From positions 49,451 to 113,450 of the forward strand of contig JBKOYD010000016.1 of the NCBI GenBank assembly GCA_046725195.1: 64,000 nucleotides of DNA, given 5' to 3'. The position numbers were made by a program, and so were the translations under genes. This DNA is from Acidobacteriota bacterium. Lineage in GTDB: Bacteria; Acidobacteriota; Blastocatellia; Pyrinomonadales; Pyrinomonadaceae. Below the pieces are notes generated by a model, which was given only the letters and a program-made list of their open reading frames with translations, made no database searches and had not been told where the DNA came from. Below, in pieces: positions 42,907-49,920 of the stretch. Position 1 is the first letter of the stretch. Each line of letters opens with the position of its first letter.

Positions 42907-43512
42907 ATGCGTTGTGTTCTAAAAACAGCAGTTCCTTTTTTGCTGACTCTGCTGATCGGAGTAGCCGCCGATCGTTTTCTCGGTCGCATCCTTTTTGAAT
43001 CTTTGGATCATCAAGCCGGGCCTGGTCCGATGTCCCAGCCGTTGAGAATTGAATCTGTTCCTGAGGTAGATTTTCCTGACTCTGTGAAGCGATTCGGTGA
43101 GCTCCGTGTAAAGGTCAGACTTCGCGCACTATTTGGCGAAACCGGCGAGGTCCGCGAAGTCATACCTTCTCCCTCGCTTCCCTATGGAGGACCGGAGCAA
43201 GGCATTGCGGCCCAGGATTTTGAGTCAAATAAGAGCAGATACATTGTTGATGACCTTACTCGTAACTTGACGCAGACGGCGATCCAGCAAGTAAGACAGA
43301 TCAGGTTTATGCCTAAACGGATGGACTCGACTTTCGTTCCTCAATGGGTCACGGTTGAGACCTCGTTTGAGCATATGTGCCGAGCGTGGCCACCTGGCGG
43401 AACCGATAAGTTCAGTTCAATCAGCGTCAAAGTAATGGATAACACCGGAGTGTTGTGGCAGGGGAATACTTGGGTCAATGACGGTACGGATTGCTTCAGA
43501 TTGCTCGACTAG
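42907..43512 (+). CDS. membrane-anchored hypothetical protein, weak TonB-C-like pattern
   Basis: AGGAG lies before the ATG, 18 nt after the rex stop. N-terminal TM helix (TAVPFLLTLLIGVAA). RVKVRLRALFGETGEVREV ... IRFMP resembles TonB_C. Weak call. Confidence 0.55.
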   Translation: MRCVLKTAVPFLLTLLIGVAADRFLGRILFESLDHQAGPGPMSQPLRIESVPEVDFPDSVKRFGELRVKVRLRALFGETGEVREVIPSPSLPYGGPEQGIAAQDFESNKSRYIVDDLTRNLTQTAIQQVRQIRFMPKRMDSTFVPQWVTVETSFEHMCRAWPPGGTDKFSSISVKVMDNTGVLWQGNTWVNDGTDCFRLLD

Positions 43513-43518
43513 AAAAAT

Positions 43519-44337
43519 ATGGATGAGCAAACAGCCAGACGAGATCTAATTCGCGTCTGCCATCTAATGTACGAACGTAGCTATGTCGTCGCGTCCGACG
43601 GCAACGTCAGCGTTCGTTTGGAAGATGGACGCATTCTGGCCACGCCGACGATGACGTGTAAAGGACGCATGACTGAGGATCTCATCGCGGTTACAGATCT
43701 AGAGGGCAAGTCGCTCAATGATCGACGCGCATCAAGCGAGTTGGCAATGCACCTTTTCATTTATCGCGAGCGACCCGACGTTAAGGCGGTGTGCCACGCC
43801 CATCCACCCCATGGAACAGCCTTCGCGGTCGCTGGTCTCGCGATCGACCAACCAATTCTGTCGGAGGTGATTCTCACGCTTGGCTGTGTCCCGCTTGCAT
43901 CGTATGGAACGCCTTCAACTGACGAGTTAACGGAGGCGATGCAACCCCTGGTCAAACATCACAACGCGTTGTTAATGGCCAACCATGGAGCCGTTGCGTA
44001 CGGAGCCGACCTTTGGCAGGCATGGGATCGTTTGGAAACGCTCGAACACACCGCGAAGATTGCGATCCTATCTCGCGTTCTGGGTGGTTCCAAAAACCTA
44101 CCTGCGGAGGCTGTCGAGAAGTTGATAAATGTGCGCGAGGCTGCGGGTTATCTTGGTGAGTCGGCGCGCTGCCAGGCGTGCGGATATTTGCATGAAACGC
44201 AGTTGACGTGTCCAACCGGTGACCGGCCAGCGCAGCGTTCATACGCTTCCGAATCTGCAAATGGAGGCGGCAAGATCTCGCTGACGCGAGAAGAGCTGGT
44301 AGAACTCTTGAGCCAAGCTGTAAACGGTAAATCGTGA
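43519..44337 (+). CDS. class II aldolase/adducin family protein with a 60-aa C-terminal extension
   Basis: Metal-binding His residues CHAHPPHGTAF and MANHGAVAY. The aldolase fold ends near residue 210. The tail carries CQAC..C and a terminal amphipathic helix ISLTREELVELLSQAV. Confidence 0.85.
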   Translation: MDEQTARRDLIRVCHLMYERSYVVASDGNVSVRLEDGRILATPTMTCKGRMTEDLIAVTDLEGKSLNDRRASSELAMHLFIYRERPDVKAVCHAHPPHGTAFAVAGLAIDQPILSEVILTLGCVPLASYGTPSTDELTEAMQPLVKHHNALLMANHGAVAYGADLWQAWDRLETLEHTAKIAILSRVLGGSKNLPAEAVEKLINVREAAGYLGESARCQACGYLHETQLTCPTGDRPAQRSYASESANGGGKISLTREELVELLSQAVNGKS

Positions 44338-44460
44338 CCGTTCAAGAATTGACTGGCTCATGTTTAGACGTTAGAGTCTGGGCTTCGCCTTATCAAGTGA
44401 ACGAAATCTCTTACCGTTAACTTCGATTAACGACTTCAATCAAGAAAGAGGAGCGTCTGA

Positions 44461-44742
44461 ATGCAAGAAGCACTCGGAATGGTCGAAACAAAAGGCTTGG
44501 TCGCAATGATCGAAGCGGCCGACGCGATGGTCAAAGCCGCAAATGTCACGCTGGTTGGTTATGAAAAGATTGGCGCTGGGTTTGTCACGGCTATCGTACG
44601 CGGTGATGTCGCCGCAGTGAAGGCCGCGACTGACGCCGGAGCAGCCGCTGCCCGACGTGTTGGTGAACTCGTTAGCGTCCACGTAATTCCTCGTCCACAC
44701 GGCAGTGTCGACGAAGCTCTTCCTATCGGCGATCGCGGCTAA
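44461..44742 (+). CDS. BMC-H shell protein (single PF00936 domain, PduA/CcmK-like)
   Basis: [27 protein letters not shown]...[26 protein letters not shown] lies 7 nt before the ATG. Confidence 0.9.
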   Translation: MQEALGMVETKGLVAMIEAADAMVKAANVTLVGYEKIGAGFVTAIVRGDVAAVKAATDAGAAAARRVGELVSVHVIPRPHGSVDEALPIGDRG

Positions 44743-44745
44743 AGC

Positions 44746-45015
44746 ATGATCATCGCTCGCATCCTCGGAACCGTTGTCTCCACTCAAAAGGACGAACGGC
44801 TAAGCGGAAAAAAGTTACTCATTGTTCGTCCTATTAATGTCGACGGTACCGATACAACTGGATACGTGGTCGCGGTCGACACGGTCGGCGCCGGTTTTCA
44901 TGAGCGTGTCCTGGTTGTTGCGGGCTCCAGTGCTCGACTGGCTCAGGGAATGAAAGACGTGCCCGTGGATGCCGCGATTGTTGGAGTGATCGATACTGTG
45001 GATGTGAACGAATGA
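44746..45015 (+). CDS. BMC-P pentameric vertex protein (EutN/CcmL family), paralogue 1
   Basis: MIIARILGTVVSTQKDERLSGKKLLIV...AVDTVGAG...DAAIVGVID. Begins 3 nt after BMC-H. Confidence 0.85.
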   Translation: MIIARILGTVVSTQKDERLSGKKLLIVRPINVDGTDTTGYVVAVDTVGAGFHERVLVVAGSSARLAQGMKDVPVDAAIVGVIDTVDVNE

Positions 45016-45196
45016 GCAGAAGCTTGAACTTTGCACTTGGTGCTTTGTACTTTGAACTTCGTCCTTGATCGCAAGACCCTTCAAATCACAAGCATTAAAT
45101 ACAAATCGCGAATACCAAGTACAAAGCACAAAGTTCAAAGTACAAAGCACCAAGCACCAAGCACCAAGCACCAAGCACAAAGCACAAAGCACTAAT
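45016..45196. repeat. 181-nt low-complexity element: perfect 24-bp inverted repeat plus 7-nt tandem array
   Basis: IR arms 45036-45059 cttggtgctttgtactttgaactt and 45131-45154 aagttcaaagtacaaagcaccaag (24/24). (GCACCAA)x4 then (GCACAAA)x2 at 45147-45192, ending 4 nt before ATG 45197. Confidence 0.8.
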
Positions 45197-45469
45197 ATGC
45201 AACTCGCTCGCGTCATCGGGACCGTGGTAGCCACAGTCAAGAACGAATCCCTGCAAGGACGCAAACTACTCGTCGTACAGTCTCTGGATAAGAATCTTCA
45301 GTCGACGGGTAAGCCAATGGTTGCCGTCGACTCGGTTGGGGCCGGACTCGGCGAGTTGGTTTTCTGGTGTCGCGGCAAGGAAGCGAGTTTTCCGTTCAAA
45401 CGAGAGGACACTCCGACCGATTGCACGATTGTTGGCATAGTTGATTCAGATGGCCACGTCACCCGTTAG
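45197..45469 (+). CDS. BMC-P pentameric vertex protein (EutN/CcmL family), paralogue 2
   Basis: MQLARVIGTVVATVKNESLQGRKLLVV...AVDSVGAG...CTIVGIVD. The 44-codon upstream extension in the track (from 45065) only translates the repeat. Confidence 0.8.
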   Translation: MQLARVIGTVVATVKNESLQGRKLLVVQSLDKNLQSTGKPMVAVDSVGAGLGELVFWCRGKEASFPFKREDTPTDCTIVGIVDSDGHVTR

Positions 45470-45480
45470 TCCACTTTAAT

Positions 45481-45765
45481 ATGATCCTCGCCCGCGTTAT
45501 CGGAAATGTAGTTGCAACACAAAAGAACCGTCGCTACGAAAATGCCAGAGTGATGCTCTGCCAACAACTCACTCCTGAGGGCCAGGAAACCAGCTATTCC
45601 GTGTTGGCCCTTGACTCCGTAGACGCTGGCGTTGGCGATACTGTGCTGATCGTGCAGGAAGGCTGGAGCGCCTCGACAGCTGCGACAGGAGAGGCGGGCG
45701 CCGCGATCGATTCAGCGATTGTTGGAGTTGTCGATCGAATTGATCTACTGTCCGATAAACTTTAG
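45481..45765 (+). CDS. BMC-P pentameric vertex protein (EutN/CcmL family), paralogue 3
   Basis: MILARVIGNVVATQKNRRYENARVMLC...ALDSVDAGVGD...SAIVGVVD. Confidence 0.8.
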   Translation: MILARVIGNVVATQKNRRYENARVMLCQQLTPEGQETSYSVLALDSVDAGVGDTVLIVQEGWSASTAATGEAGAAIDSAIVGVVDRIDLLSDKL

Positions 45766-45914
45766 TTTGTCGATCGCGTCGCCAAGAGGGCCTGAACAGT
45801 CAAAGAAGTATTGGCGAGTCAATCGAAAAGGTGAAGCTTATCGGACACTCGGTTGTGAAGCAGCAGCTCGAGGCGTATTGTGTATGTAAACGACAAGACG
45901 GCAGCATATCGAAC

Positions 45915-46334
45915 ATGAGTTTTGAACTTGATCAAGCACGGTTGATGGCCGAAAGAATTGCACGGCGAGTGGCTGCTAGTTCTTCTTCATCTCAGACTCG
46001 AACAAATGGTAACGCCGATATCACGTCAGAATTGTCGGCAATGCGTGCCAGCCTCCGTGAGTTGCAAGACCGACTGCTTCAGATCGAATCTAAAGTGCGT
46101 TCTGGAACTGATGTCTCAAGCTATTCGTCTGACACTTCCCCTAACGGTCCGCGTACGCATTCGCCATGGCTCGCCGGTGTAAACGCTAATCATCCAAGCC
46201 AGGAGCGTTTCGGAGTTGAAGAGGCGACCGTTTCAGAGCTCGTAGATTATTTTCAGAGTGAAAAGACATGCAGCGTCGAACCCGGCGGCAAACCCTGCGA
46301 CCACTGCTCTATGTGTAGTTCGCGTGGGTTCTAG
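45915..46334 (+). CDS. hypothetical BMC-associated protein (139 aa) with N-terminal amphipathic helix, poly-Ser linker and C-terminal Cys motif
   Basis: MSFELDQARLMAERIARRVAASSSSSQ...; C-terminus TCSVEPGGKPCDHCSMCSSRGF (C-x8-C-x2-C-x2-C). The start is uncertain (GTG 45831 in the track). Followed by a terminator. Confidence 0.55.
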   Translation: MSFELDQARLMAERIARRVAASSSSSQTRTNGNADITSELSAMRASLRELQDRLLQIESKVRSGTDVSSYSSDTSPNGPRTHSPWLAGVNANHPSQERFGVEEATVSELVDYFQSEKTCSVEPGGKPCDHCSMCSSRGF

Positions 46335-46355
46335 TGTTTTTTGGGAACAAATTGA

Positions 46356-46388
46356 GAGAGGCCGCCCAATCTGGACGGCCTCTTTTTT
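46356..46388 (+). terminator. rho-independent terminator closing the BMC operon
   Basis: gaggccg (46358-46364) / cggcctc (46376-46382), 11-nt loop, TTTTTT (46383-46388). Confidence 0.75.
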
Positions 46389-46402
46389 GACGAAGCGCGA
46401 GA

Positions 46403-47029
46403 TTATTTATTCTGATTCTGTCTCAGCGTGTTTGAATCCAGCTTCGGAACTTCCGTAGCTCCTTCTTCCGCTTTGAAGTAAGGCTCTTCTTTGAAGCCGA
46501 AGAGTTTTGCTGAGATAACTGTCGGAAAACGTGCGCGAGTCGTATTGTAGTCCTGCGTCGCGTCGTTATAGTCCTTACGAGCCGTCGCAATTCTGTTCTC
46601 AGTTCCCGCGACTTCATCCTGCAGTGCCCGGAAGTTCTGGTTCGATTGCAACTGCGGATACGCCTCCTGCAAAACGAGCAGGCGCCCGATCGTCCCACCG
46701 AAACTGTTCGCCGCGTCAATTACGGCTTGCTTCTGTTCCGGCGATTTGTCTCCTCCTTCGCCCTGAGGCGCCTGGTTAGTTGCGTTCAGCAGTCGCGATC
46801 GCGCTTCTGCAATTTTGCCGAACACCTCCTGTTCCTGGACGCCTGCCATCTTCGCCGATTCAGCCAGATTGGTCAGAAGGTCACCGCGTCGTTGCAGTTG
46901 AGTTTCGACATTGGCCCATTTTCCTTTCACGTTTTGTTGCTTTGTAGTTAGCGTGTTGTAACCACAACCACTGGCGGCGAAGGAAAACACTGCAATTGCG
47001 AGAAGCATTACTAGTCTTCGGGTTTTCAT
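46403..47029 (-). CDS. lemA: LemA family lipoprotein
   Basis: MKTRRLVMLLAIAVFSFAASGC lipobox and LemA blocks (KWANVETQLQRRGDLL, ENRIATARKDYN). The internal ATG 47029 is preferred over the track start 47065. Confidence 0.85.
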   Translation of the reverse strand: MKTRRLVMLLAIAVFSFAASGCGYNTLTTKQQNVKGKWANVETQLQRRGDLLTNLAESAKMAGVQEQEVFGKIAEARSRLLNATNQAPQGEGGDKSPEQKQAVIDAANSFGGTIGRLLVLQEAYPQLQSNQNFRALQDEVAGTENRIATARKDYNDATQDYNTTRARFPTVISAKLFGFKEEPYFKAEEGATEVPKLDSNTLRQNQNK

Positions 47030-47076
47030 TCTCAATTCTCCCATCTGTAAGTGACAGCCCATCACCTTTGGGGCTT

Positions 47077-47823
47077 CTACGAGCCGGAAATAGAATTTCG
47101 CTCAAGCTCGTCAACTGCATCAACGACGCGTTCAATCTGGAGCAAATATGCTGCGAAAAGTTCGTTGCATTCCTTCTCTGATGACGGTAGATTGCCGCTC
47201 CTGCGAAACTCGAAAATTCGTTCAAAGGGCGTAAGATCGAGTTTGAGCACTCGAGCAGTGGTACGTACGCATTCCGCCTTTGTGACCGGCGCTTCTTGGC
47301 CGTGAAGTAGCAGTACTGCGTGGAACAGTGTCGCAAAACTCGTCAGGCTCTCGCTCATCAGGTCGCATAACTTCTCGATCGAGACGGAAGCTGGGATATA
47401 AAGACGACGCAGCTGAATCAGCTTATTCCTAACTTCGTATTCGGTCTGGTGCCGTAGGTTGGCGTCAGAGAAAGTTACGAACTCAAACGGATCATGACCG
47501 TAGAGTACAACACGTGCATGGGCCATTTGGTGAAACTCAATCGGAAATACGTCTGCGGCACGGTCGAGTTCGCCCACCGTAAAATAAACCGGAAGCGGAT
47601 GGCCCAACCGTTGCCATTCGCGCATTGGTGCCTGGGCCAGCCGCAGATCTTCTGGAGTTATTCGATTCAGCGCGATCAGCAAGTTGTAGTCGGAACGCAG
47701 CTCTATGTAGTCTCCGGCTGCAGCTGAACCGTAGAGCACAACCGAAGCAAGATTGTCTCCGTGCGTAGCACGCAGATCATCGATGAGAACGCTCAAAGCT
47801 TGCTGTATAACAGTCTTCGCCAT
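47077..47823 (-). CDS. nucleotidyltransferase-domain (Pol-beta superfamily) protein with helical C-terminal half
   Basis: VVLYGSAAAGD-x8-SDYNLL pattern. ATG 47823 was chosen because the 77-codon upstream extension in the track overlaps the Gly-rich tail of the TPM gene. Confidence 0.7.
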   Translation of the reverse strand: MAKTVIQQALSVLIDDLRATHGDNLASVVLYGSAAAGDYIELRSDYNLLIALNRITPEDLRLAQAPMREWQRLGHPLPVYFTVGELDRAADVFPIEFHQMAHARVVLYGHDPFEFVTFSDANLRHQTEYEVRNKLIQLRRLYIPASVSIEKLCDLMSESLTSFATLFHAVLLLHGQEAPVTKAECVRTTARVLKLDLTPFERIFEFRRSGNLPSSEKECNELFAAYLLQIERVVDAVDELERNSISGS

Positions 47824-47857
47824 TACGAGTTTTGTGTGTACCGCGGATACTAGCACA

Positions 47858-48760
47858 CTACCAGCTACCACCTGCCCCGCCGCCGCCGAAACTGCCACCT
47901 CCACCAAAACCTCCGCCAAATCCACCGCCGCCCCCGCTGCTACCGCCGAAACCTCCTGAGCCCCATCCACTCGAACCGCCCCAGCCTCGTCCGCTTCCAC
48001 CAAGATTATTAAACAAACTACCCCACAGCAGAGCTTGCAAACATCCGCCACCACCTCTTCCTCCGCGACGCGACGCGGAAAAGAGCAGAATCATGATGAA
48101 CAGAATAACGAGTATGGCGCAGCAGAGGTTTGCCATGCCCTTATTGTCAGGCTGTCTTTCGTCGACAGTTCTTTCATCGCGATAGGCATAGCTTTGATCG
48201 ATACCCTCAACACTAAAACCACGTTTTGCTCCGAGAGTTGCGACATAAGCTTGGATCGTATCGAGTATTCCCTTGCTATAGTTCCTTTGCCTGAACGCAG
48301 GCACGAGTCGTTCGCGTTGAATCTGGCCCACAAGACCGTCTGGCAGATCTCCCTCCACATGATCGCTGATCTGGGTAAAGTACTTTCTATCCTGGATCGC
48401 AACCACCAGCAAAAGGCCTGCCTTGTCACCTTCCTTTGATCCAATCCCCCATCCACGCGCGACTGCAAGAGAAAAATCGAAGATGTCCAAGTCGCCGGTT
48501 GTGTCGACTGTCAAGACTGCGTATTCAATATTCGCCCGCTCTTTCAGATTTAGATAGATCGTTTCCAGTCGCTGCCTGGTTCCAGCATCAATGACATGCG
48601 CGTTGTCTACGATAGGCGTGAAGGGAACGGGCAAGGGAACGGGAGACTGAGTTCTTACCTGCGCTTTGGAGATGAGCGGTACGAATAGGAAAAGAATCAG
48701 CGTCAGTGCGCCGAGGCCAATTCGGAAGTTCAGTTCGGGTTTTCTCAAGAGCAAACGCAA
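47858..48760 (-). CDS. TPM (YgcG-like) domain protein with TM helix and Gly-rich C-terminal tail
   Basis: Signal peptide, TPM core (VIDNAHVIDAGTRQRLE...EYAVLTVDT...GLLLVVAIQDRK), TM helix (CCAILVILFIMILLF), and a tail of about 60 aa of GGSGRGWGG...GGFGGG. Confidence 0.8.
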   Translation of the reverse strand: MRLLLRKPELNFRIGLGALTLILFLFVPLISKAQVRTQSPVPLPVPFTPIVDNAHVIDAGTRQRLETIYLNLKERANIEYAVLTVDTTGDLDIFDFSLAVARGWGIGSKEGDKAGLLLVVAIQDRKYFTQISDHVEGDLPDGLVGQIQRERLVPAFRQRNYSKGILDTIQAYVATLGAKRGFSVEGIDQSYAYRDERTVDERQPDNKGMANLCCAILVILFIMILLFSASRRGGRGGGGCLQALLWGSLFNNLGGSGRGWGGSSGWGSGGFGGSSGGGGGFGGGFGGGGSFGGGGAGGSW

Positions 48761-48779
48761 TTCCGAAGTCTCGCTGGGC

Positions 48780-49589
48780 CTAGCCTTCTATCAACCTGTG
48801 CAAAAGATAGAAGAGGGCAACCCCTACAAAAACGACAATTGACACCGTGGGGTTTCTTTCTTCTTTATGATTGACTTCTGGGATCAGGTCGCTCGCGGCG
48901 ACGTAGAGGGTTACGCCCGCTGAAAATGGTAACGCATACCCCACAGCATTGCTCATTCTCGCGTCGAGAAGTGCGACGGCAATGACACCTGCCAGAGTGG
49001 CTGCGCCGATCGCGGCAGTTGCGATCAGCGCCTTTCGGGTGGATCGTCCAGAGGCCAGCATGATCGAGGCTACGGTGAATCCCTCGGGCATCTTGTGCAA
49101 CAAGATCGCGATAAATACCAGAATGCCGACCTTAAAATTCACTAAGAAAGCTGACGCTATCGAGACACCGTCAAAAAACGTGTGAATCCAAAGACCACCG
49201 ATAGCTGTGTAAGCCGCTGAGGGTCGCATAAATGATTCAGGGTGTGTCTCTGGACCAAAGTGAAAGTGAGGAGCGAGCGTGTGCTCGAAAAGCTGGATTA
49301 GTAGATACCCGGCGAGTAATAACGTCATTGCCCCGACAACTGCGCCCGAGGCCGGCTCACCTTGGAGTTTGTTACTCCAGATGCTGACTGTTTCTGGGAG
49401 AATCTCGATGAAGATTGCCGCAAGCATGAATCCTGCGCCCAGGGCCACGAGATATTTCAAGAACCGTTCGCCCAGCCGATGGGCGCCCGACTTTACCAAA
49501 ACGAGACCGCCGACGACGTTAGCGCCTGCCGCCAGCAAGCCAAACACGAGAAGCCCGGTGAATCTGAAACCGCCGAAGATAGTCTCCAT
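48780..49589 (-). CDS. ZIP family metal transporter
   Basis: 8 TM helices and the ZIP signature HKMPEGFTVAS. Confidence 0.85.
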   Translation of the reverse strand: METIFGGFRFTGLLVFGLLAAGANVVGGLVLVKSGAHRLGERFLKYLVALGAGFMLAAIFIEILPETVSIWSNKLQGEPASGAVVGAMTLLLAGYLLIQLFEHTLAPHFHFGPETHPESFMRPSAAYTAIGGLWIHTFFDGVSIASAFLVNFKVGILVFIAILLHKMPEGFTVASIMLASGRSTRKALIATAAIGAATLAGVIAVALLDARMSNAVGYALPFSAGVTLYVAASDLIPEVNHKEERNPTVSIVVFVGVALFYLLHRLIEG

Positions 49590-49775
49590 TCACGTGCTAG
49601 TCATTCCGCGAAAATGATGTCATGGATATGGCGCGTCAATATACATCATGGTTCGACTGATGGCCATTTATCTGCTGGTCGTTTAAACCGTAGTAGATGG
49701 CCGACAAGAGGCGAACAGGAACTTCGATTACCGAGAAGAGGTTCGGAAAACGCTAAAGGAATTACAGGTTGCCTA

Positions 49776-49804
49776 TTGACAGAGGTTGAGTCGCAGCGTA
49801 GTAT
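49776..49804 (+). promoter_or_regulatory. dcw cluster promoter (Pmra-like)
   Basis: TTGACA (49776-49781), 17-nt spacer, TAGTAT (49799-49804). About 115 nt upstream of mraZ. Confidence 0.55.
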
Positions 49805-49814
49805 CCGGCCTTGG

Positions 49815-49840
49815 GTGGTCAAAAGTGGTCGGAAGTGGGT
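49815..49840 (+). promoter_or_regulatory. putative MraZ operator: three GTGG(T/G) direct repeats at exact 10-bp spacing
   Basis: GTGGTC 49815, GTGGTC 49825, GTGGGT 49835, immediately downstream of the -10. This matches the repeated GTGGG-type boxes described for MraZ operators. Confidence 0.6.
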
Positions 49841-49920
49841 CCAATCTCGTAGCAACACCGATCATTCATTAACTCTTTTCCTTTAGGCCACCCACCAAAG
49901 CTCTCGTCAGGCCGAAAAAC

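Noticed and set aside
45065-45196. 44-codon N-terminal extension of BMC-P2 (…QVQSTKFKVQSTKHQAPSTKHKAQSTN)
   Set aside because: It is purely a translation of the heptamer/word repeat. EutN-family proteins start M-x-L/I-A-R-V-I-G, which is exactly what ATG 45197 gives.
44815-45264. 149-aa minus-strand ORF across the BMC repeat element
   Set aside because: It is antisense to two EutN genes. The repeat part translates as LVLCALCLVLGAWCLVLCTL low complexity.
47824-48054. 77-codon N-terminal extension of the NTase ORF (track start 48054)
   Set aside because: It overlaps the 3' end of the TPM gene in another frame and translates as Ala/Val low complexity. The NTase-like sequence begins at ATG 47823.
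47832-48185. 117-aa Pro-rich ORF on the plus strand (PPPPKLPPPPKPPPNPPPPP...)
   Set aside because: It is the antisense reading of the GGN-rich region that encodes the Gly-rich tail of the TPM protein. This is a low-complexity mirror artefact.
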